64,000 nucleotides of DNA from Anthoceros angustus (Eukaryota > Plantae > Anthocerotophyta). The notes under the pieces were generated by a model. That model was given only the letters and a program-made list of their open reading frames with translations. It searched no databases and was not told the DNA's origin. Below, piece by piece: positions 49,151 through 61,000 of this stretch (position 1 is its first letter; each line of letters starts with the position of its first letter). The stretch spans positions 186,001-250,000 of the forward strand of contig MU008194.1 in NCBI GenBank assembly GCA_010909165.1, written 5' to 3'. Position numbers and translations under genes: made by a program.

Positions 49151-49860
49151 TTATGCCGTGTATGCAGCGGTAAGGCATAAAAGCGGTTAACTAGTGTCTG
49201 AGCCACTTCTTGTTTCCCTTGCGAGCATTCCTAATACGAATTGGCTGCAAGAGCCCGCTCTGTGCCGCACCCACAGGGCTGTAGATGTTTTGGCGCCCTC
49301 TCCTTCAACTCTCCCGGAAGGAGCATCCTCCCCTACTCTCCTTGGCTGCTTTGGAGGGCGTGACTCCTCGTCTAACATACGCTCCTGTCCACCTCATCCA
49401 TGAGCAGTCTCTCGGCATAGGGTTATTCTCCATTAAAGGGGTTTGGGTCCCTAAAGACCAAAAAATGACCCAGCAGGCCAAAATGCATCATCTTTTAGCA
49501 AAACCACTCTTTAAACATGTCTTGAAAGATATTGACCATGTTATTTTCTCGTGAATACTTACACTAATAGGGTTTAAGCGAAGAAGATTCATGATTTCAC
49601 GTTCACAAGGATTTCAAGGATTTTTATGCGTGTATGCGTGTAAGGCATAAAAGCGGTTAACTAGTGTCTGAGCCACTTCTTGTTTCCAGCCTTGAGCATT
49701 CCTAATACGAATTGGCTGCAAGGCCGCCCCGCTCTCTATGCTTACACTGCAGGTACATGTGTTTTGGCGCCCTCTCCTTCAACTCTCCCGGAAGGAGCAT
49801 CCTCCCCTACTCTCCTTGGCTCTTTGGAGGGCGTGACTCCTCGTCCACTCCTGTCCACCT
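48901..49860. repeat. About 485-bp tandem duplication (48901-49387 and 49388-about 49860)
   Basis: TCCACCTCATCCATGA.CAG...GGGTCCCTAAAGACCAAAAAATGACC and CTAGTGTCTGAGCCACTTCTTGTTTCC each occur twice, about 487 bp apart. Confidence 0.9.
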
Positions 49861-50668
49861 CCGGGATGTATCCACCTTCTTCTTCCCACACCACGGACAC
49901 CACCTTCACGTGAAGCACGTTCAGGTGTTAGTGCTTACTTCTTGCCTTGACGGCGTCGTTTGGCTGCGCCCATCGACTCGTTGTTGGGAAGGTGACCGAG
50001 CCATATGCCGTCCAAAAAGCAGCCAAGGGTTTGCAGACACCACCTCCAACGCCACGGCACTATCCACCGTATTTGAGCGACGCACTATCCACCAGCCAGC
50101 GGACCTACTTGCAACTTGTAGCGCCGTCTCGAACCTCGATCCGCTCCTTCCACCACGTCCTCCACATGTAGCCCGGAGCTTGTCACGATTACCCATAGCC
50201 AGCGAGTTCAAGTTTGAGCTCGTGGAGCTTGTCACGATTACCTAGCCTCTGAGTTCAAGATGAGCTCTGATACCTAGGTCATTTGCGGCTAAAAGCGGTA
50301 TGCACGTACTCGATCCACTTTGCACCACATAAATGATATTCTATGTTGATTATTAAACTCGGAGCATTTGAAGGCGGTAGCGTTGGCGGGCCGTTCACAG
50401 GCCACGAGTTCGTGAAATGAAGCGGCAAAAGGCCGACTATGTGGGGACATTGTCCTTAAACCACCGAATTTTTAAAGCATATTTTAATATACCATTCTTT
50501 ATTAAATTTTAATCCTAGATAAAAATAGACATGACTATAACATGTAAAAATGATAAATTGGAAAAGAAATGAATTTTTCATAATTGTAAACATTGCGTGA
50601 GGACAAATTAAGAGCGTTTCAACCGTTTCTAACTAAAGTGAGCACCCAACCATGCTTATACCCTGCAC

Positions 50669-53600
50669 CCCACCTCGTTGAAAAGGGGGTGTTACTTGTG
50701 GTATCAGAGCTCAAGGTTGAAGCATCTTTTAGCTAGGACGCTAGCTGGAGATGGCCGATCACGAAGCCAGGCGAGGCGAGAGAATACGGCGAAGAAAGAG
50801 AAGGCTCCTATGGTGGAGACCACGGTGGATGAGCCTCGGATGGAGCCACTAATTCACAGGCAGCGAGGCGAGATACCTCAGGGCGGACCGTCACCATGCC
50901 GCAAGAGGAGCTTCAAAATCTTTTGAGAAGAATGGAAGCTCTAGAGCAACAAGTACAAGGAAAAGAAAGCTCGATGAAGCGAGAAGGATGATGAGCAGGA
51001 CGAATTGGAGCTGGCCCGAGAAAGGAGTAGAGCAAGGAGACCCAAGAAGTTGAGGCTAAGCGTTCCCCAGATAGGTATAAGGGTGAGCGAGATGTGGAGA
51101 AAATCAATTCGTGGTTTTCTCATTGGAAGGATACTTTTACATGCAGGATTCCGCAGAAGAGTATCTAGATCACATCGTTAACTTCTTAGAAGTGCGCTCT
51201 TACTTGGTGGAGAACTTATGTTCGAGTATTGAACAGGTAATAGAGTGGAAACTATTTCCACACAGAATTCAAAGATGCACGCAACTTCAATTCCACCAAC
51301 TAATGCATCTATCTTTGGCAAGAAGGATGCTAGAGAATGTGAAGCACAGAATGTTGCGGCGTATGTGAGTGAATTAGCTTGTGTTACAATGCCCGATATG
51401 CGGAGGTGGATAAGCTCCACGGGTTTTATAGTGGACTCAAAGGTGGGCTCTGGATAGAATTCGATGACAAACCTCAAACTCTGCGAGAGGCTATTTGCGG
51501 ATGCGATACGACACAAGTCGTGCCGAAGCACCGGTGTCTTTCGGAGGAAGGTATCCAAGATCTTTTCAAGGAAGATCACGAGGTAGAGGAAGAGCCACCA
51601 ACACCGGGCATATTGGAACAAATGATAATGTTGGCGAGGAGGAAGAGGAAGAGGAGCCAATAGAGGTCGTGGCCGTGGAAGCCAAAGGACGACAGGCCCT
51701 CAATTTGGTGCGTGCTTGATTGTGGAGCAAGGACACTGCGAAGATTGTCCGCATCTTGGGAATTCCCAACGTGATAGCCGCCAATCCTCAAGCTCGGGAC
51801 TTAGGATTCGTGAGCTTTTCTGAGCCCAAATGGCCGGTGGCCACATGTTGTGGTGACATGTGGTGAGTCATCTAGTGTCAAGGATGACACTATTTTGAGG
51901 AAGGTGGAGCCCTTATGTACATATGTGGAAAGATGAATGGCTTAGAAGTAGAGTTATTGTTGGACTCGCCACCCACAATTTTATAACTCCTCAAGGCGAA
52001 AGAGCTTGGGCTAGAATGGGCTAGTACTTCCGCCATATGGAATCAAGCAAGCTAAAGGAACTACTTTTCTTGGGTGAATTGCATGGAGTAAAGCTGCAAA
52101 TAGAAGCGTGGGAAGGATACATGAGTTTCACGATTGTAGACATGGATGACCATGATGTTATCTTGGGTCTAGAGTGGATGAAATCCAATGAAGTGCGTGT
52201 AGATGTGAAGTCCCGCACCATTGAGATATTGAAGAATGGAAAGCACAAGGTGGTTTGTGCTAATCTTAGTCGAAGCTTGAGATGTGCTCGATGCAGTTGA
52301 TTTCAAAAGAGAGCTCAAGCGGGACATAAGATGAAGAAGGAGCTTTATCTAGTTATGCTCCGAGGATTAGAGGATGGTCTTGAGGAAGAATCCTCGAGAG
52401 AAAGACATCCCAAGGAATTACAGTGTCTTGGATGACTTTAAGGATTTGATGCACGATGAATTGCCACCTTTACCGTCTCATAGAGTAGTAGATCATGAGA
52501 TTGAATTGAGGCCGAGTACGCCTCGTCGAGCACCATATAGATTGTCGCAGGATGAGCTACGGGAACTCAAGCGACAACTATCCAACTGGCCAAAGGGATA
52601 TATCGAGTCTCTAAGTCTCCTTTTGGTGCGGGTATTGTTTACGCAAGAAGAATGGAGGACTAAGGATGTGTTTAGATTACGAGCTCAATCAAATTATGAA
52701 GAATGCATATCCTTTGCCAAGAATGGATGATATGTTTGACAGGTTGAAGGGTGCCAAGTATTTCACCAAGCTAGATCTGATGGCGGGGTACTATCAGATC
52801 AGAATCGCAGAGGGACATGAGTACAAAACAGCTTGTAGGACCAGGTATGGGGCTTTTGAATTTCTGGTCATGCCATTTGGACTTACTAATGCACCTGCCA
52901 CATTTCAGACACTTATGAATACTATATTCATAGATCTGGTGGACAAGTGTGTTGTAATCTATCTGGATGACATTTTGATCTTTAGCCATACCTTGGAGGA
53001 ACATGTTGAACACTTAAGAGAAGTGTTACAAAAGCTAAGAGAGAATTCTTTGTTCTTGGCAATTAAGAAGTGTGACTTCGTCAAGACAGAGGTAGCTTTC
53101 TTAGGCTTTATTGTCTCTGGTGATGGCATCGAATGGATCCGATAAGGTGAGGGCCATTCAAGATTGGCAACCTCCTAGGAACATTCATGAGGTTCAGCTT
53201 TATGGGTTTGGCTTACGTGCGGAGATTTGTACAGATGTTTGCTAAGATAGCAGCCCCATAATGACCTCTTAAAGATGACGAAAGCTTGGAAGTGGGATCT
53301 TTGAATGTCAAGCGATTTGAATACTTGAAGATGAAATTGAGTACAACTCGGTTTTAGGAATGTATGATCCCAAGAAGGATGTGGAAGTGTCTGATGCCTC
53401 GGACGTGGCCATAGGTGGAGTGTTGATGCAAGACCATAAGCCGATAGCTTTTGAGTCAAGGAAATTGCATCCTTATGAGTTGAAGTATCCCACCTATGAG
53501 AAGGAAATGATGGCTCATTCATTGTCTCAAGGTATGGAGACACTATCTCTTGGATCTTTTGTGCTCTATCGATAATATCGACAACATACTTCTCTAACCT

Positions 53601-55715
53601 TGAAGTTGAATGCAAGACAAGCTAGATGGCAAGATTTCCTAGCTATGTATGATGTGACTCTCAAGTATAAACCGGAAAAGAGAATAAGGTTGCGGATCTG
53701 GAGTCAAAAGAGTCGAAGTAAAGGCAATGGCAATCTTGGTTGAACCTATGGACACTCACAAAGATCAAGGAAGCATATCTGCGGGATCCGGATGTTGAGT
53801 GGATTAATGGAATAGAGCGAGAAGGAAGCAAGTTCAAATTGAGGGATGGTTTGTTGATATACAAAGCAGAGGAGGATTGTGATCCCAAATTCTTGAGTTG
53901 AAGAGCAAATTGCTTCTTGAATGTCATGATGTGCCAAGTCAGTCAGTGGAATTGACCCCACTTATGAGAAGCTAAGGAAGGCTTTTCTTGGCCGGAATGT
54001 ATCAGATACAATTATGTCAAGGCATGTGCTGTTTGTCGGAAGATAAGGTGGAGCAAGCTAAACCAAGAGGTTTTACTACCTACCTATTCCAAGTGGACCT
54101 TGGAAGAGTATCTCTATGGATTTTATCATGCCTTTGCCACCCGAATGGTTGTACAGCTATCATGACGGTGGTGGATAGATTCACCAAACAAGCACATTTC
54201 ATCCCTACTACAAAGCGGTGGCGACAGGTAGCCACTTGTTTAAGAAGTATATATACAAGTACCATGGCTTACCTATGCATTGTGAGTGAGGATCCAAGGT
54301 TCACGGAGAATTTTGGCATTTGATGAAATGCTTGAATGTGGAATTATGTATGAGCACGACTTTCCATCCGGATCTTGATGGCTCAACCGAGCGAGTCAAC
54401 CGAATCCAAGAAGAATACTTAAGGCATTATGCGATTGATCGGAGGATTGGTGATCATCTAGGCGATCACAATTTTGTTATAACAACACCGCACGACTCTC
54501 TGGATGTAGTCCTTTTGAGATGGGAGGAAATTCAGACCTTGGTATCCATGCTAAATGCTGAAGTTTTCGATACTACCACTAGAGATCCACGCCGATTCAT
54601 TGAGCGGTTGAAGGCTAGGCATGAGATTGCCAAAGGAATTTTAGCCAAGGCTCAAGCACGTCGGAAGAAATATCTTTGATAGGCACGGAGAGCTCTTCAA
54701 CGTTGGGGATAAAGTATGGGAGAAATTGAAACATTTCCCATTACCTCAAGGATTAACTCTTAAGTTAAGGCCAAGATATGGTGGTCCATTTGTAGTCTTG
54801 AAGCGCATTGGAGAAGTGGCTTACAAGTTACAACTGAATGGATTTTTGCACACAATGTGTTTCATGTATCACTACTGAAACCATTTGTGCCAGGCAAAGA
54901 GAAAGAAGACATGGACAAGAAGAAGTACAGTGTTCTCGTGCAGCATAATCAAGGATTGCGGGAAATTGAGGAATTCCTTGCAGAGAGTAGCGTGCCTACA
55001 AAACGTGGAATCGTACCACATATATGGTAAAGTTGCGTGGGATCTCAGATCCAGTTTGGGTAACGTTAGAGGATATTCAGAAAGGATCCTGGATGATCTC
55101 TCGTCGTTGGCTATCAACGATGATTCTTTTCGATGGGGAGAAAGTAACAGCCTTGCATGAGAAGCATGCACCGGATCTAGTTAGTAAGTTGTAAGTAGTG
55201 GTGGTAAGACTTAGCTTAGGGCTTAAGGAAGAAAGTGCTTTTAGCGATTACTTTGGAAATGATGTAAGCCTCCTATATAAGGAGATGAGGCTAGCCCTAG
55301 AGATATATCTTGTGATCCTAGCATGGGAGCTACACTCTTGAGGATAGGACTTTGGAGCCTAAAGGCCTTGGGAGCCTAGAGTGTGAGCATGTCTAGAAGG
55401 ATCCTAGCACTTGGGAGCTACACTCTTGTGAGGATAGGACTTTGGTGCCTAGAGGCCTTGGGAGCCTAGAGTGTGGCGTGCTAGAGGAGGCTGTTGAGGA
55501 GGAGATCGAGGGGAGGCTAAGCTCCTAGCTTAGGCAAAGATGGGGAGCTCTCTCGATCTCTCATGTATTCTTGTTGACTCTTGCTGGAATAAATAGCGCG
55601 GATGTCTTGTGCGAGTCGTCCGTGGAAGGGCCGGGCTGGAGAGCCTAGTCTTTGGTGTCTGGTGATGTTTTTTGCATTAGCTGCGTGCCCACCTCGTTGA
55701 AAAGGGGGTGTTACT
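50669..55715 (+). mobile_element. Ty3/Gypsy chromovirus-type LTR retrotransposon, degenerate, 5' LTR reduced to 28 bp
   Basis: PBS TGGTATCAGAGC at 50699. Gag, protease, RT (YFTKLDLMAGYYQIRI, VMPFGLTNAPATFQ, YLDDILIF), RNase H (DASDVAIGGVL..PIAFESRKL), IN (VVDRFTKQAHFIP, VFHVSLLKP) and a chromodomain remnant near 54950-55110. PPT GGGGAGAA, 3' LTR 55143-55715. Confidence 0.95.
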
Positions 55716-58090
55716 CATTTGCATGTTATGGGTTTCGCCTTTGGTCGAGGAACAAGTTTCAGTACCGTGCTGAGGCTATTAAATTCATCATCCTGCGTGC
55801 TTCCACTTATCCCTATCTGGACTGAAAATGCTTCTTTGAGGGTGAGTTCGGGGAGGGATAGCGAAGGAGGCATTGTGGACGGTGGTGTCAAACTCCAGCG
55901 ACTTGCGAGTCGATGGATGTGTAAGGGGCTCTATCCATTCGGATGGAGGGCGATGCACAGGTGGATCGGCCTTGGGTTGAGAGCATTCTCTTGAGGTAAA
56001 TGGTCATTCTCATCGGTAATCGAGGCATGAGAAGAAGGCAGGGTTCGGACTACGAGTCTACATGATTTCACAGGTTCTCGGGTTGTTCATGATCTGAATT
56101 TTCAGCATCGGCAGGTGCATCTACTTGTGCATCAGCAACTGGAGGATCAAGATCTGCTGGTTGGTCAGGGGCTACTGGAATTGGTGGGTTGAGGTGGTGG
56201 CAACCTGGCCAGGATGTCTGAGGTTGCAAGGGTGGAATATCTGGAGCAGTATCTCCATCAACATCATCAGGGTAGTCAGAATGTTCCTCTGCGAATGTCA
56301 AGTTACCATCATGTTGAGCAGGCAAAACGCTATCCCCTGTGATTGGTGGCTCCAATGTCTCCAGAAAGGTCACACTCCTTACACGATTGGCTGTAAGGTG
56401 TGCATCAATGAGTTTGTAGGCTTTAGCAATTTCATTGTACCAACAAATACTAACCCCTTTGAGCGATTGTCGAGTTTCGCCTTCTCTCGGCGGTATGTAT
56501 GCATAAGCTTTCGAACCAAAGATGCGAAGATGCATGATACTTGGTTTCTCTTCGAGAATCTCTCAAAAGGCGTCTGATCGGGGTGAATGTGATGGAAATG
56601 CAGTGAGTATGTAGGATATTCGACACGCCCAATATGGAGAAGGTAATCGACCACAAGAGCATTGATCTCGTCATTCCATCAATGTTTGATTCTTTAGATT
56701 CTGCGACCCCATTTCTTGTTGGGTATATGGAGCGATAAGGCGATGAATAATGCCTTGGCGGTCGGGAACTCATGGTGACAAATTCACCACCGTTATCGTC
56801 ACGAAAAGCTTTAGCAACGACTACGCCGCACCATGGTTAACCAATCCTTGAAGATAGAAAATGTATCACTCTTATGATGCATAGGGTATGTCCACGTATA
56901 GCTATAGTAAATCGATTAATGTCAAATAATAGGTTGCACCACCTAGTGGCGAGTTTGTAGCACGATATGTCTGAATGCACTAAGTCGAGGGCGATGTTGA
57001 CACTGTGTGCGGTGCTCTTGGAAAGGAGTCTCTCGTTGCTTGGCAAGAGTGCAAACTTCACAAATGGGAGCTCATTAAAACAACGTGGAAGAGGCTCACG
57101 ATAGTAGTCCTTAGAGATATCAATGAGTTTAGTTACATTAGCATGGCCAAGGCGTGCATGCCACCTGCTTTCTGTCGACTTAATACTGTAGTAGAAAATG
57201 CTTCATCGTGGAGGCGAGAAAATGTCTAGACGGTACAATTCTGAATCTACAAAGGCTTTGAAGATACAAATGTTTGGAGCACTACGTCTAAAGAAACAAC
57301 AAGCGTCATCTGAGACGGTAAGGACTAGATCCTTCATCTTCATCAATTTGCTAAGTGACATCAAATTCTTAGCCATCTTTGGTACATACAAGGCGTCGGG
57401 AAGAACTAACACACTATCGTCGTGTAGAAACTTAGAACTCCTCTACCAAGGATAGAGACTACTCCCACACTCTCATCACCCAAGTATACCTTTTCGGTGA
57501 TTGTTGATAGTGTCAAAGTAAAGAGAGATGCATCCCGACAGATATGGGCCGTGGCCCCTGAGTCAAAACCACCAATCCACCTCACTCGTCAAAGTGTTAT
57601 TAAGACAAGCAGTAAGAATCTTCACTCTTGGCTTGAATTTGTGGATGTTGTTGAGGTATCTATCTTGCTTGTGTGGTCATGTGTGCGGAGGGTCGAGAAA
57701 AAGCCCGTTGAGGCTCTTGACTTTCTTCTTCCGGCATTCCGTGCCCAATGACCTGAGTACCACACCAATTGCATGTACCTTCTTGGTTTGAGTAGAGGAA
57801 GATGAACCGGTGTTGCCAAGTGTGTAAGAAGGGGCCACGTTGATTGATTTCTCCCCTTCCTGCCTCGCCTCTAGTTCTTTGAAAAAAACTTTATCGGTTT
57901 TGTGTTGCTTTTGCTGCCCTCTCATAAGTCGGTACATTCTTCTTGGTATAGGGCTCCCATGACCTCCATGAAGGGGTTGGAGTTCAGTGAGGAAGGGCCC
58001 GGGAAGAGCAATGGGCATATTCAGTAGTGACAAAGTTTGATAGCTTGCGGGGAAGGTGAGAGAAGATTCCTTGGAATCCGCGAGAGGAAA
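55716..58090 (-). mobile_element. Ty1/Copia fragment (gag C-terminus, PR, integrase, start of RT), cut by the Gypsy 3' LTR
   Basis: LSHLPASYQTFVTT, GH.TECRKK knuckle, DSGATAHIC, LPDALYVPKMAKNLMSLSKL, LDLVHSDI, HLRIFGSKAYAYIP, then DEFNSL...LVPRPKAKPITCK abutting 55715. Confidence 0.85.
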
Positions 58091-61000
58091 GCTTTCGAAA
58101 CATACTCGCCACCATTATCGTCCTTAGACACTTCAATCGGTGGCGGTGATTCTCTACAAGGGTGACAAATTTACGAAAACGTCGAACTTCATCCTTTTCC
58201 TCAAAGGATAAAACCCACACCTTGCGTGAGAAATCATCTATAAGTGACAAAATAGGAGGCACCGCCTAATGATGATGAGCATAGGTCCACATACATCCGT
58301 GAACCAACTCAAGAGGTTTACTTCTACTTTTACCTCGTGTTCGATGTGATGATTTTGTCTTTCCCATATAAGCAGTGCTCACACATCGAGAGATCGGAGA
58401 AGTTAAACGAGGATATAACGAGCGAGATAAAACCTTCATTCCCTTCGAGACATATGTCCTAAGCAATGCCACAAGGAAACATTTGGCTGCTCATCACCAC
58501 AGATCACATGATCTTTGTGATGTTTACAAGTGAGTACAAAGTGCCACACTTGATCCACGAGCTAACACAAGAGAACCTTTGGAGATCTTCCAAGAGTGAT
58601 CCCCAAACCAGTGATGGTAACCAGCATCATCAAGCATCTGCGCTAATCATGCTCTTTGTCAACTTGGAACATGCCTAACGTCCTTGACATGAATGAAGAT
58701 CCGTTGTCAAACTTGAGTTGCACATCACCTCGCTGCGATCGGCATGCATAGTTATTTCCAAGCCTAACGCATCCTTTCCTTGTAGCATCATCGTGCTAAA
58801 CCACTCTCTATGCGGAGTAACATGGAAAGATGCACGAGTCAATTATCCAATTGCGGAATAAATGACTATCCACGGTACATTGGTATGCGGCATTCAAGTA
58901 AGAAGAGATAAGGACATCTCCGTCCTCAACGAGTTTAACTCTTCCAACCGTGAAAGTCGCCTTCTTGTCGTCTGCTTCTTCTCTTTTCCTTGGTCCTTTT
59001 GAACTTCTACTCTCTTTTGAAGTGACCCCTTTTGTGACAATAGTGACACTCCACATTCTTATTCGACTACGAGATTTGCTACGAGAAGCTTACATCGGTT
59101 GCTTCCCCTTGGCGGTGGACCTCCCTCTCACTATGAGACCTTTGGAACCTTTGGAAGGTTCCATGTTTTCTGTTCACCTCCTCGGTTAACAGGCTACCTT
59201 CTACATTTACAATGGTAAGACCACTAGCGAGGAATTACTCAGTCTGAAAGGTGTCCCAACTCTGGTAATGTGACCAGAAACATAGCTCTCACGGAATGCA
59301 GGAGCGTGATACCTTGAGATGAGGCTGGCTGAAAATGGTATTGAAATCATTCGGATGATCGGACATCCTCGTCCCTTCCTTCATCTTCAAGTCCACCATT
59401 TGTTTCAACCAATACACGAGCCGCACTTTGCTTCTCATCTGAGTCACACACCACAGTAACTCGTGGTCTTATCTTTCACATTGAAGTACCTGTTTTGACA
59501 ATGTTAGCATGATAGTAGATCTAGCAAGCTCATCCAGTCCGCCACTCATCACGGTCATACTATACGGTTTGACGCCTAACAACTTTATGGGCTTGATGCT
59601 TTTTACGCACTAGAACATTATACACTTGTTCTTTCGAGCGGGAAGTTAGTACCATCTAACTTCTCGATATTGAACATGACGTTTTCGATGATGAAGACAT
59701 CATGACTCAAAAATCGTCTGAGATAAAACACTCGACTCGCCTTGTCGGAAAAGTCAAAAAGAAATGGTCGGTATTTTCTTGACTTTCCACAATATTTTGC
59801 GAATATTTCCGCTCACCGCCGGCGTTGGCACCCTCAATTGTCTTCCGCGCCGCGCGCGCCGCGCGCCGCGCGCCAGCGCCGCGCCGCGCGCCGCGCCAGC
59901 GCCGCGCCCGCCACGGCCACGCCCGCGCCCGCCAGCGCCGCGCCGCGCCGCGCGCCGCGCGCTGCGGCGGCGCGGCGCCGCGCCCTGCGGCTGCGCAGCG
60001 TCGGCGCCGCCAGCGCCCCTGGCGCTGCGGCGCCGCGCTGCGCCAGCGCCCGCGGCTGGCGCTGCGGCGCCGCGCCCGCCCGGCGCGCGGCGGCGCGGCG
60101 CCGCGCCGCGCCGCCGCGCGCGCCGCGCTGCGCCGCGCCGCGCCGCGCGCTGCGGCGCCGCGCGGCCCGCGGCGCGCGCCCGCGGCCCGCGCCGCGCGCC
60201 GCGCGCCAGCGGCTTCGCGGCGCCGCGCGTCCGCGGCTGGCGCGCCGCGCGCCACCGCGCTGCGGCGCCGCGCGCCGCGCGCCGCGCCGCGCGCCGCGCT
60301 GCGCCGCGCCAGCGCCGCGCCGCGCCAGCGCCCGCGGCTGGCGCGCCAGCGCCCGCGGCGCTGCGGCGCCGCGCCGCGCTGGCGCGCGCCCGCGGCTGGC
60401 GTCAAGGCCGCGGCCCGCGGCCCGCGGCGCGCGCGCGCCGCGCCGCGCGCTGCGGCGCCGCGCTGCGGCGCCGCGCGCGCCGCGCGCCCTGCGGCCAAGG
60501 CTGCGCGCCCGCGGCGCTGCGGCGCCGCGCGCCCGCGGCCCGCGGCTGGCGCGCCGCGCTGCGGCCGCGCGTCGGCGCCGCGCTGCGGCGGCGCGCGCCG
60601 CGCTGCGGCGCCGCGCCAGCGCCCGCGGCCGCGCCGCGCTGCGGCGCCCGCCCGCGGCCGCGCCGCGCTGGTCGCGGTCTTGCCTCGCTCACGGCCTCAT
60701 CCGCTCGCGGCTCTGCGCGCTCGCGGCCCTCGCCGCGATCTGGATCATGCACTCCGCAGCTGCGGCCTGCGGACTAGACTATTCCACGAATATTTTGCGA
60801 ATATTTGGAATTTTACGCTCACCGGCGTTTGGCACTCGGTCACTTCTGCGCCCGGCGACCTACCCGCGTCACGCGGCGCTGCGCCGCGCGCCGCGCCAGC
60901 GCCGCGCCAGCGCCGCGCGCCAGCGCCGCGCCGCGCCAGCGCCCGCGGCCGCGCCAGCGCCCGCGGCTGGCGCGCGCCTTGCAACACGCGCCGCGCGCCC

